A stretch of 64,000 nt of DNA from Chloroflexota bacterium (GCA_034422515.1 DAOUJP010000025.1:221692-285691); one strand, 5' to 3'. Shown: positions 8,452-17,083, counted from the first letter of the stretch. Made by a program: numbers and translations. The notes: generated by a model not told the origin, from the letters alone.

Positions 8452-8738
8452 GCAATGTACGTGACTTGCACGAGCAATGGAGCCGGGACCCGGACTACCG
8501 GGCCGCCTATGACGAACTTGGTCCAGAGTTTGCGCTGGCCCGCTTGTTGATCGAGGCGCGTACCGGCGCCGGGCTGACGCAAGCACAGCTTGCCGCCCGC
8601 ATGAAGACCACGCAGTCGGTCATCGCCCGACTGGAGAGCGGCCGCGTTCACCCATCCACCAAAACGCTGGAGAGGGTTGCACAGGCCACCGGCACCCGGC
8701 TCAAGATCAGCTTTGAGCCTATCGGGGCCGCAGCCTGA
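8448..8738 (+). CDS. HTH XRE-family antitoxin (HigA-like)
   Basis: GGGAGG RBS, ATGA overlap with the toxin, and helix-turn-helix LTQAQLAARMKTTQSVIARLESG. Confidence 0.8.
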   Translation: MSNVRDLHEQWSRDPDYRAAYDELGPEFALARLLIEARTGAGLTQAQLAARMKTTQSVIARLESGRVHPSTKTLERVAQATGTRLKISFEPIGAAA

Positions 8739-8783
8739 CCTCCTACCATCGCCCCTGGCTCCGTCATCCCCATCATCTCGCCC

Positions 8784-8889
8784 GTCATTCCCGCGCCCGC
8801 AGGAATCCATGTCCCCCTGCGTAGCGGGGGGACCATAGGGGGGCCAGTGGATGGAGACAAGCCCGTCATTCCGGCACAGGCCGGAATCC
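8784..8889 (+). repeat. composite repeat A (8784-8808) + B (8811-8845) + A (8865-8889)
   Basis: gtcattcccgcgcccgcaggaatccatgtccccctgcgtagcggggggaccataggggggcc ... gtcattccggcacaggccggaatcc. The A-B junction ggaatccatgtccccc is identical at 18674. Confidence 0.85.
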
Positions 8890-8925
8890 AGAGTCGACAG
8901 AATCCGCCATGGCTGCTGTGGGCAA

Positions 8926-8954
8926 TTGAATCGCCTATAGACCGCTGATATGGT
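8926..8954 (+). promoter_or_regulatory. candidate sigma-70-type promoter TTGAAT-N17-TATGGT upstream of the 9044 gene
   Basis: AT-rich stretch in a GC-rich genome with hexamers at correct spacing ~90 nt upstream of the ATG. Confidence 0.3.
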
Positions 8955-9043
8955 AGAGGCAAGGAAGAAGTTATAGACACACCGGATATTGCCCGGCTAG
9001 GCGCCCCAGCCTCGCGGCGCGTGGTCAGGAAACCGAGGACAGC

Positions 9044-10702
9044 ATGGACTTTGTTGTGGGTCTAGCTCTAGCCGTAGTCCTTTGGGCAGGCATCACCTTG
9101 ATCGTGGGCATCATCCCTATGATCCATCGGCATAGAACAACGAAGGGCCTGCAACAAACCGACAAGGATGTGCATAAGCTTCTGACACCTGACGAGACGA
9201 TCGTCTGTATCGCGCGACAGGGCAATATCTCCGGATGGAAAGATACCGTAGTCGCCACCAATAACCGCATTATCATCCATCGAGTTAAGTGGCGCTGGTG
9301 GGGGAAGGCCGTTTTCGAAGCTGTCGCGTGGGAAGATGTCCAGAATGCGACCATTGACGGATTGTTCAGTGTTGCACATTTTCGCCTGACCACAACTGGT
9401 GGTCGCAAGCTCCTGATCGGCAACCTAGTCAAGGAGCAGGCCCGGATGCTGTTAACCATCTGCCACGAGAGGATCAAGCAGGGCAAAGATGTCGAAATTG
9501 AGCGAGTTGACGAGGGGCAGGACACCATGCGCCTGGATCAGATCGCCAGGGATGTGCATGCGATCCTAGCACCCAACGAGACCATCACTTACATCGCACA
9601 CCAGAGCACGGGATTCCTCGGTGGGAAGGATGCCGTAGTTGTCACCAACAAACGCGTTATCATCTACCGGATCAAGGTGCATTGGTCCGGGGAGAATGAG
9701 TCTACTTTCGAAAGTGTTGCGTGGAAAGATGTCTGGGATGTGTCCATTCACGAGACATTCGGGACTGCCGATTTCCGCCTGACCACGACCAACGGTCGCA
9801 CACTCCAACTCGCTAACTTGGTCAAGGAACAGGCCCAGGCATTATTAGCCATCTGCAAGAGGAAGCGGCGGAAACCGCGGCGTTGGCAGGAGAAGATTGA
9901 GCGGATTGATGCGATGCAAGATACCACACGCATGGCCGAGATCGTCAAGAGTGTGTACCCGATCCTGAAACGCAACGAGACGATCATTTACGCTGCACAC
10001 CAGGCTAAGGGCGGGAACGGCGCTGTAATAGTCACTAACAGACGCATTATCATCTACCGGATCAAGATGCGTTGGTCCGGGGGACATGAGCCTACCTTCG
10101 AAGATACCGTGTGGAAAGATGTCCAGGACGTGTCCATTGACGAGACATTCGGGATTACCGATTTCCGCCTGACCACGACCGACGGCCGCACGCTCCAACT
10201 CGCTAACTCGGTCAAGGAACAGGCCCAGGAATTACTGGCCATCTGCAAAGAGCGGACTGAAGCAGGGCACTATACCACGCTCCTATCTCAAGTCGCTGAG
10301 GCAGCACGGCAGGTTTCTGTCTCGGCAGGCGTTGATTTGGAGACAATGACGCCCAGTGAGTTTGAGAAGGTAGTCGCTCGCCTGTATGAGCAAATGGGAT
10401 TTAATGTGGACCTTACCCAACATAGTCACGACGGTGGCGTGGACCTGTATGCGCGCAGAACGAATGAAGCCGGCGTTGAGGGGGTTGCCGTCCAATGCAA
10501 ACACTACAGCGGCACTGTCGGCGTGGCAGAGGCCAGAGCGCTCTTTGGCGTCGTAAGCGCCGATCAGCGCCTAGCGCGGGGCGTACTCGTCACCAGTGGC
10601 TCGTTCTCCGCCGGTTGCCGGTTGTTTGTCGAGGGTAAGCGCATTGATCTTATTGACAGAGAGCGCCTGCGCGAGTTGCTAGATCGCTATGGGGTGCAAT
10701 AA
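9044..10702 (+). CDS. membrane-anchored protein with 3 tandem bacterial PH-like (bPH) repeats and C-terminal Mrr-type restriction endonuclease catalytic domain (PD-(D/E)xK)
   Basis: N-terminal TM helix (VVGLALAVVLWAGITLIVGIIPMI). Three ~130-aa repeats each with ...ETI.YIA.Q......KD.VV.TN.RIIIYRIK..W.........W.DV.......F....FRLTTT.GR.L.L.NLVKEQA..LL.IC... The C-terminus FEKVVARLYEQMGFNVDLTQHSHDGGVDLYA...VAVQCKHYSGTVGVAEARALFGVV...GVLVTSGSFSAGCRLFVEGKRIDLIDRERLRELL matches the Mrr_cat D-x-(Q/E)xK nuclease fold. GC is ~50% against ~68% background. Confidence 0.8.
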   Translation: MDFVVGLALAVVLWAGITLIVGIIPMIHRHRTTKGLQQTDKDVHKLLTPDETIVCIARQGNISGWKDTVVATNNRIIIHRVKWRWWGKAVFEAVAWEDVQNATIDGLFSVAHFRLTTTGGRKLLIGNLVKEQARMLLTICHERIKQGKDVEIERVDEGQDTMRLDQIARDVHAILAPNETITYIAHQSTGFLGGKDAVVVTNKRVIIYRIKVHWSGENESTFESVAWKDVWDVSIHETFGTADFRLTTTNGRTLQLANLVKEQAQALLAICKRKRRKPRRWQEKIERIDAMQDTTRMAEIVKSVYPILKRNETIIYAAHQAKGGNGAVIVTNRRIIIYRIKMRWSGGHEPTFEDTVWKDVQDVSIDETFGITDFRLTTTDGRTLQLANSVKEQAQELLAICKERTEAGHYTTLLSQVAEAARQVSVSAGVDLETMTPSEFEKVVARLYEQMGFNVDLTQHSHDGGVDLYARRTNEAGVEGVAVQCKHYSGTVGVAEARALFGVVSADQRLARGVLVTSGSFSAGCRLFVEGKRIDLIDRERLRELLDRYGVQ

Positions 10703-10750
10703 TCTGTGGGCTGGCCCCTACCCTAGCCTCCGCGCGGACTCCCCCTTCCC

Positions 10751-10797
10751 TACCAGGGAAGGGGCCGGGGGTTAGGTTCTCATCCCACCACTAACCA
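10751..10797 (+). repeat. module C palindrome repeat copy (with gcgcggactcccc leader)
   Basis: cccccttccctaccagggaaggggccgggggttaggttc. Confidence 0.8.
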
Positions 10798-12008
10798 CCG
10801 CCCGCCGATACCCCCAAGGTGTAGGGCGAGCGGCTGAGGCTGGGCGCCGGGAACAGGCGCGTTAGCAGCACCTCGGCGTCCTCGAACGGATCGGCCCCGT
10901 ACTGCTGCACGAACTCCGCGTGCAGCTGCCCCTCCAGCCCCGTCGGCGCGCGCAACGGCAGGTCGAGCCGGCGGTTCCCTTGCCGCGACGATTCGCGGAT
11001 CGCTATCAGTAGCTCCAAGTCGGTGCGCGCGGAAGTCCCGTAGACTGCCGGCCGGCCCTCGACAATCGAGCGATGCAGACCGAGCCAGGTATCCGCGCGA
11101 GCAACGTCGTCCGCGCTGGGCAGCGCATACTGCGAGTAGGGATTCTCCCAGGTCAGCGGTGGCTCAGTCGCCAGTTCGGCGTGCGTAATCGTTTCGCTGC
11201 CGTCCGCGCTAGCGCCCAGCACCGTCTCGATAGGAATCCGGCGACCACGCCGCGACCGGCTATCCTCCCACAACACCACCTCGTTGCCGACAATCGCCCC
11301 CTGCGTGCCAGCGACTTCCCACTCGTTGCCGCGGGTGGTACCAATCGGCCACTGGTAGACGCCTAGCTCACCATCGGCAAACTCAATGACGCCCAGCTCC
11401 CAGGTGCGCTGCGTGCGCGTGTGCCCATCCACCTCGACGAACGGCCGGACCGTGACGGGCGCACTTGTACCCCAGACGCCCACCGGCCGGCTGGTGATGA
11501 AGCGACGCATGGCGGCCATCCCGTGATAGCTGCCGGAGGTGTACCAGAAATGGACTTGGGTCACTTGTCCGAGTAGCCCCTGCTCGACCACCAGTCGCTT
11601 GAGCCGTTCGTGCGGCCACCGCCAGACGTTCTCGGAGACTTCGAGCAAGACGTTGTGTCGTTCGGCGGATGCCAGCATGTGATCGGCCATCGCCAACGTG
11701 GTTGCGATGGGCGTTTCCGTGATGATATGAGCGCCGCGCGCCGCGGCAACGGCCGTGACCAAGTGGTGTGCGTCCGGTGGCACCACCACGCCCACGACCT
11801 GCGGACGCACCGCGTCGAGCAGCGCCACCGGATGCGCGAATGTGGGCACGCCATAGGTCTCGGCAGCCCACTGCCGGCGTTCCTCCCGCGCGTCGCACAC
11901 GCCCACCAGCCGGAAGTGCTGGCGCAGCGTGCTGACTGTCGCCAAGTGCGTCGCACCGCGATTGCCGGCCCCGATAATGGCAGCAGTGAGCACAGGTCCC
12001 TCTGTCAC
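10791..12008 (-). CDS. Gfo/Idh/MocA family oxidoreductase
   Basis: Start GTG 12008 with GGAGGAGG RBS. Rossmann motif AAIIGAGNRG followed by a C-terminal alpha/beta domain. Confidence 0.85.
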   Translation of the reverse strand: MTEGPVLTAAIIGAGNRGATHLATVSTLRQHFRLVGVCDAREERRQWAAETYGVPTFAHPVALLDAVRPQVVGVVVPPDAHHLVTAVAAARGAHIITETPIATTLAMADHMLASAERHNVLLEVSENVWRWPHERLKRLVVEQGLLGQVTQVHFWYTSGSYHGMAAMRRFITSRPVGVWGTSAPVTVRPFVEVDGHTRTQRTWELGVIEFADGELGVYQWPIGTTRGNEWEVAGTQGAIVGNEVVLWEDSRSRRGRRIPIETVLGASADGSETITHAELATEPPLTWENPYSQYALPSADDVARADTWLGLHRSIVEGRPAVYGTSARTDLELLIAIRESSRQGNRRLDLPLRAPTGLEGQLHAEFVQQYGADPFEDAEVLLTRLFPAPSLSRSPYTLGVSAGGG

Positions 12009-12094
12009 GGCCCCTCCTCCCCAGCGTTCGTGCTGGCGGACATCACGGTACAACAGCCGGCCGGCCCATGTCACGCCGGTCGCCCTAGCCCGCG

Positions 12095-13198
12095 CTACAC
12101 CGTCGGCAGCGGGGCCAGGCTGACCAGCGGTACCCACTGCGTCGCGCCGCCGGCGGCCGCCACGCGGGCCGCCGGCCCGCGCCACTCACTCGGAAAGAGA
12201 TACGCCTCGGTCGTCTCGACAACCTGCACGACCGTTCCCGCCTGCGGGCCGCCGAGGATCACGGCGTCACTGCCCGGCGCCAGCACCGGCGGACCGAGGC
12301 GCGCGGCCAACGCCTCGGCCGCCGGGCCGGTCAGCAGCAGCTCCGGCACGCTGCTCCGGTCTGCACCGGCCATCCCGACTGTCTTACCCGCCAAGGGCCG
12401 CAGCGCCTCCAGGACCGCCGCAGGGAGTGTCGGCGCGAGGTGTCCGTAGAGCAGCAGCGTCGGCACCACGGGTGCCGCTGCCGCCTCCAGGACGACGCTG
12501 TGTGGATCGGTGCCGGGCACGAGATCCGTACTGCCCGCCGCGACGATGCCCGCAGCACGATACCTGGCCGCCGCCGCCAGGAGGTCGGCCGTCGCCGCGC
12601 CGCACCGGAGCACCACGGCCGCCTCCCAAGTATCCCAGTCTTCGGCCCCAACGGGCGGGGCTGCTTCTTCCCAGAGCACCAGTGGTCCCCAGACGGACGC
12701 GCCGTAGCTCCACGCGCTGGCGATAGCCAGGCCCGGCGCCGTGAGCACCACCGCCGGCGCCGGCGCCTCCTCCAAGGCTGTGACCGTTCCATACACCAGC
12801 GCCGGCAGCGGTACGGTGTCACCGTCCACGTGCGGATGGATGACGACGGTGCCGGTGTCCTGCGAAACGAACGCCACGCGGCCGGCGTGCGGCGCCGTCA
12901 CGGTCCGCTGCTGCAAGCCCAAGAGACCGGCTCGCTCGGCCAAAACGGTTCCCGCCGCGACATCCTGCTCGGCCTCGACGGTCAGGTACTCGGCCACCTG
13001 TGCCGGTCCGACACCCAACTCCGCGCTGAGGGAGAGCGCCACCAGCGCCGCTGCCGCTGGGACGTGCGCCAGGGGAGTGGCCGGTTCCACCGGCTGTCCG
13101 ACGGCCACCGCGATCTCCGCTCCCGGCGGCAAGACCACGCGGCGCGTCAGCGGTCCGACTTCCCAGGCGGCACCCGGCGGCTGTCCGTTCATAAGCAT
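12095..13198 (-). CDS. hypothetical Ala/Val-rich protein
   Basis: Long ORF in the coding-like frame between two confident genes. No recognisable motif. Start ATG 13198 or 13267 is unresolved. Confidence 0.4.
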   Translation of the reverse strand: MLMNGQPPGAAWEVGPLTRRVVLPPGAEIAVAVGQPVEPATPLAHVPAAAALVALSLSAELGVGPAQVAEYLTVEAEQDVAAGTVLAERAGLLGLQQRTVTAPHAGRVAFVSQDTGTVVIHPHVDGDTVPLPALVYGTVTALEEAPAPAVVLTAPGLAIASAWSYGASVWGPLVLWEEAAPPVGAEDWDTWEAAVVLRCGAATADLLAAAARYRAAGIVAAGSTDLVPGTDPHSVVLEAAAAPVVPTLLLYGHLAPTLPAAVLEALRPLAGKTVGMAGADRSSVPELLLTGPAAEALAARLGPPVLAPGSDAVILGGPQAGTVVQVVETTEAYLFPSEWRGPAARVAAAGGATQWVPLVSLAPLPTV

Positions 13199-13280
13199 CG
13201 TGCCCGCGAGCGAAGCGTCCTTGGCTCTACCAACATTAACATGCCGGTGGCAGCATCCCCGTAGCATTCACCCCGGCCCG

Positions 13281-13390
13281 GTCATTCCCGCTGTGCGGGG
13301 GGGATCATAGGCTGACTGGGGTAGATGTTCATTTGTGCAGTCATATACCGCTGCCCGGCCCCCGTCATTGCGGCTTGCGCCGCAATCCAG
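13281..13390 (+). repeat. chimeric A/B hybrid + G (13281-13324) and module A (13362-13390)
   Basis: gtcattcccgctgtgcgggggggatcataggctgactggggtag ... cccgtcattgcggcttgcgccgcaatccag. Confidence 0.8.
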
Positions 13391-13740
13391 TGGACGCAGG
13401 CGGCGGAGTTGCGGTAGGAGGCTGATGGAACACGATGACTACCAGGGCTAGATCACCTATGCCGAGGTGGCGGCTTTTCTCGCCGAGAGATGAGCGCACC
13501 GGTGAAGTGCTCACGGCGACGTGGGACGTGGCAGGTTTGCGGGCGGCGCTGGCGCCGGCGGAGCAGGCTGCAAGAGCGATGTGGGACGATTTCCGTAGAA
13601 GTACGCGCCCCGAGGATATACCAGTGTGAACTTGATACTCCGCGGTGGATGAGGAGCCGTAGGGAGCGAGTTGTGATGGACGACACCCTCACCCCAGCCG
13701 CAGTCCCCACTAACCACTCTCCACTCTTCACTCGCCACTG

Positions 13741-15663
13741 CTAGAGATACCAGTCGGGATCGGTCAGCGCCTCTGCGACTACGCCGCCCTCCGCGTCGCG
13801 CGGACGCGGCAAGCCGGTCACGTAGGCCAGGGTCGGCGCGACATCCACTTGGCGCACCTGCTGTTGCAAGTGAACACCCTCTTTGATTCCGGCGCCGGCC
13901 AGCACAAAGCATGTATGCTGTGATCCCCAGCCGAGGCGTGCGCTCGGTAGCTGCGGTCCGTGCGCGCCGTTGAACTCCGGCAGCGTCGCGTACACCACGT
14001 CACCCACCAGCTCGCCCCACAGGTTGGCTACCTCGGCGTCCTCGCGCCGCAACGCGAACACGAACGGGCAGTAGCCGGCGCCCGGCTCCCGATAGCCGTT
14101 CAGCGCGTGAATGATGTCCCGCCGGACCTGCTCATAGTCCGCCGGGTCCACGATACCGGTCGGCTCGCGGCCCTTGAGATTGACATAAATGTTCACGTTG
14201 CCGACCGGCGCCGCCGTGGTGCGCGTCCAGTCAATGGCCCGGCCGCCGTTACCATCGTCCGTGTAGACCAGGAAGCCGGTCTGCTCCAGCACGTCGGCGA
14301 CCTCGACTAGCGGATAGCTGGTTGGCGTGCCGCCGTGATCCGCCACAATGCAGATGACGGTGTGGTCGTCGAGCAGCGCCTCGCAGAGCCGCCCGATCCA
14401 GCGGTCACAGGCCGCGTAAGAGCGCGCCATTCCCTGGAAGCACCGCTCGACGCGCTCCGGCGGCTGGCCGCTGACCGCATCGGCATCGGCCATGAAGAAG
14501 TGGTTGGCATAGTCGGGCACGTGCGTCTGGGTGAAGAGGCCGCCCCAATCGGGTCGTGTCGAGCAGAGGTGGATCGCCGTGTCGGCGAGCTTGCCCAGAT
14601 GGTGCTCGACTAGCTCGAAGTAGGTATCGTCGTCAATCACCCCCAGCGCGTCACGACCGGGGTTCTGCAGAAACGGCCCCACGTTCTCCAGCAGTTCTCC
14701 TGCCACGGCGTTTGGGTAGGTGAAGCCGTCCAGCGGCCAGATTTGCGGCACGAACAGTTCGAATCGCTCGCCGTCCGGCGTCAGCTCGATACATTTCATC
14801 CGCACGTGGCCGGCGATGTCGCTATCGCCGATGCGGAAGCTGTCGCGGACATATCCCGTCCATGCGCCGGCCTGGAGGTCCTGCTCGAACAGGCAGTCGG
14901 CGCCATCGCGGCTACGGGTAATCCGCACCCGGTCATAGCCCTCCCCGCCGGAAGCGTAGATCAACGCATAGTAGCTCTTCGGAACGACGGCGCCCGAGCG
15001 GCCCATGGAATGGTGGCTGCGGTGTTGTGGCCGGATGACCAGCTCCGCTTCCAGCGGCTCACGCGCGCTCGCCGGCAGGTTACTCCATCCGGCACCGGAT
15101 ACGCCGCGCAGGGTGATCGGCTCGAAACGTTGGCTCTCCCGCAAGGCGCTCGGATCAACGGCGGCGCTGTCCGTCGAGGCCGCCGTTTGCTCTTCCTCCC
15201 GGCCCACCGCGAACAGGTGATAGCCGGCGATCTGCGCGTGATTGCTGATGCCCGGCCCCGTGCCCTCGACCTGAACACCGCGACTGATCGTCGGCGGCCA
15301 CGACATCTCGTACTTCACCAGCACCGGCACGCGCCCGCCGCGCTCGACGGTATTCCAGAGGTACTCCGCCTTGCATAGCCGGGTGTTGATGCCCCACACG
15401 GTCTGATCGAGCGGCTGCCCCAACGCGCGGATATTGAAGTCCATCACCTGATGCGTACCCGGCCACGCGCCGGTGGCCAACGTAGTCCAGCCCGGCGGCG
15501 TCAGCGTGGGTAGCACCCCCCACATCTCTCGATGCACACCCCGCTCGATGAGCCGGCCAACGTTGGGCATGTAGCCGGCCTCAACCATGTGCAGCATACT
15601 CTCCATGCCCACACCGTCGAGACCCACCAAGATGAACCGTTTCGCTGGACTCTCGCCAGCCAT
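13741..15663 (-). CDS. alkaline phosphatase superfamily protein (type I phosphodiesterase/nucleotide pyrophosphatase-like)
   Basis: Metal-binding cores ILVGLDGVG, TLTPPGWTTLATG, CIVADHGG and HG. Confidence 0.85.
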   Translation of the reverse strand: MAGESPAKRFILVGLDGVGMESMLHMVEAGYMPNVGRLIERGVHREMWGVLPTLTPPGWTTLATGAWPGTHQVMDFNIRALGQPLDQTVWGINTRLCKAEYLWNTVERGGRVPVLVKYEMSWPPTISRGVQVEGTGPGISNHAQIAGYHLFAVGREEEQTAASTDSAAVDPSALRESQRFEPITLRGVSGAGWSNLPASAREPLEAELVIRPQHRSHHSMGRSGAVVPKSYYALIYASGGEGYDRVRITRSRDGADCLFEQDLQAGAWTGYVRDSFRIGDSDIAGHVRMKCIELTPDGERFELFVPQIWPLDGFTYPNAVAGELLENVGPFLQNPGRDALGVIDDDTYFELVEHHLGKLADTAIHLCSTRPDWGGLFTQTHVPDYANHFFMADADAVSGQPPERVERCFQGMARSYAACDRWIGRLCEALLDDHTVICIVADHGGTPTSYPLVEVADVLEQTGFLVYTDDGNGGRAIDWTRTTAAPVGNVNIYVNLKGREPTGIVDPADYEQVRRDIIHALNGYREPGAGYCPFVFALRREDAEVANLWGELVGDVVYATLPEFNGAHGPQLPSARLGWGSQHTCFVLAGAGIKEGVHLQQQVRQVDVAPTLAYVTGLPRPRDAEGGVVAEALTDPDWYL

Positions 15664-15717
15664 TACAAAGCCTCCCCAAACCGCGTGGATTGCACCGCCC
15701 CTCTGCCGGGGCGGCTG

Positions 15718-15919
15718 TAGCCCCTAACTATAGACGACGCGCACGTGGTCCGGGCCGCAGCAGTGTGGAGTTGCCGGCGGAATCGGCGGGGGAATGCAAA
15801 GGAGGAGAGTACGGTTCCCTCCCCTGGAGCTTGCTCCGGGGGAGGGCTAGGGTGGGGGCCAAAACACTACCCAGTTAAGTCCGCAACCTTCATTAGCCCC
15901 TAACTATAGACGACGCGCA
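15718..15919 (+). mobile_element. MITE-like insertion: 150-bp segment (15744-15893, includes module D 15813-15893) flanked by perfect 26-bp direct repeat tagcccctaactatagacgacgcgca (15718-15743 and 15894-15919)
   Basis: Exact 26/26 direct repeat seen in sequence. The insert carries a D element also present at 2083 and 62926 without this flank. Confidence 0.6.
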
Positions 15920-16015
15920 GCAGCAATCCGCTTCTTCAGCGCCTCGCCGTCTACGAGGCCCTGCCATCCGCCGGCGGCCGCGAGGGAAGCGCTGAGGGCG
16001 GCAGCGTCCTGCTCC

Positions 16016-16789
16016 TTAGCCATCTTCTACCCTCTTCCTCTCACCATCGGCGAGCACACGCGCACGGGCATACTGCGTGCAGGCGTAGTAGGCCTCAATG
16101 GACTCGCCGGCATCGCCCCAGAAACCAGACAGGACATCGTGTTCGACCTGACCGCGTTCGAGGAAGGCCTTATTGACATCGGTAATCTCCAGCTCGCCGC
16201 GCCCGGAGGGGGTGAGGGTCCGCACAATGTCGAACACCTCGGCCGGATAGAAGTAGACGCCGGTGACGGCATAGGCAGAGCGCGGGTGAGCGGGCTTTTC
16301 CTCGATGTCCACCAGCCGCTCTGGCTGATCGCCATCGAAAACGGCCACGCCGAGATGCCGCAGATGCGCCGGGTCCGCGATCTCTTTCAGTAGCAGCCGC
16401 GCTCCTTGCGGCTGGCGCTCGAAGCGCCGGACGATGGGAGCTAGATCGTCCTCTACGATGTTGTCGCCGAGCATCACGACCACCTTGTCGCCGGCCGCGA
16501 AGTGCTCGGCCAACCCAAGCGCCTGGGCAATTCCACCCGGTCGCTCCTGATAGGCGTACTGCAAGCTCCGCAGACCTACCGGCCCGCCGCTGCCCAGCAG
16601 GCGCAGGAACTCGCCCGCGTGATTGCCGCCGGTGACGACCATGATCTCCTCCAGCCCGGCGCGCACGAGCGCCTCTAGTGCAAAGTAGATCATGGGCCGG
16701 TCGTAGATCGGCAGCAGGTGCTTGTTGGTGATGTTGGTCAGCGGGGCCAGGCGCGACCCGGTCCCTCCGGCGAGAAGAATCCCTTTCAT
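16016..16789 (-). CDS. sugar-1-phosphate nucleotidyltransferase (RmlA/GlmU-N-like; glucose-1-phosphate thymidylyl/uridylyltransferase family)
   Basis: MKGILLAGGTGSRLAPLT...NKHLLPIY...VVMLGDN signature of NTP_transferase. Confidence 0.85.
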   Translation of the reverse strand: MKGILLAGGTGSRLAPLTNITNKHLLPIYDRPMIYFALEALVRAGLEEIMVVTGGNHAGEFLRLLGSGGPVGLRSLQYAYQERPGGIAQALGLAEHFAAGDKVVVMLGDNIVEDDLAPIVRRFERQPQGARLLLKEIADPAHLRHLGVAVFDGDQPERLVDIEEKPAHPRSAYAVTGVYFYPAEVFDIVRTLTPSGRGELEITDVNKAFLERGQVEHDVLSGFWGDAGESIEAYYACTQYARARVLADGERKRVEDG

Positions 16790-16952
16790 AATGCACGCTT
16801 ACCCGTGAGGGCGGCCTCCTTTGCTCTATCGGCTTGCCGACGTACCCCGTCCGCGCCACCTTGGCCCGTCATTGTAGCGGCAATACCCGGACGAGTGACC
16901 GGACCAAGCTGATAGCACCACCGTCGCACAGAGCACACCTATCCCCAACCAC

Positions 16953-17042
16953 CTCTCCCCTGGGAGAGGGCCGGGGTGAGGGCAGCCGGGGACGGCACCG
17001 ACTCCCCTTCCCTGCAGGGAAGGGGCCGGGGGTTAGGTCCTC
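16953..17042 (+). repeat. module C-variant (16953-16984) and module C (17003-17042)
   Basis: cctctcccctgggagagggccggggtgagggc ... ctccccttccctgcagggaaggggccgggggttaggtcc. Confidence 0.8.
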
Positions 17043-17053
17043 CCCGCCAACGG

Positions 17054-17083
17054 TTGCCATGCAGTGGACTTGACCGCTACAAT
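17054..17083 (+). promoter_or_regulatory. candidate promoter TTGCCA-N18-TACAAT for the gdh gene
   Basis: Hexamers read ~85 nt upstream of the gdh ATG. Confidence 0.3.

Noticed and set aside
12331-13310. Plus-strand ORFs 12440-13264, 12741-13310 and minus ORFs 12331-12822 overlapping the 12095-13198 gene
   Set aside because: They are mutually overlapping alternative frames in a 70% GC segment. Only the longest minus-strand frame was kept, and even that at low confidence.
13435-13629. 64-aa ORF between the repeat cluster and the phosphatase gene
   Set aside because: No RBS and no recognisable domain. It overlaps an antisense ORF of similar size. Likely noncoding.
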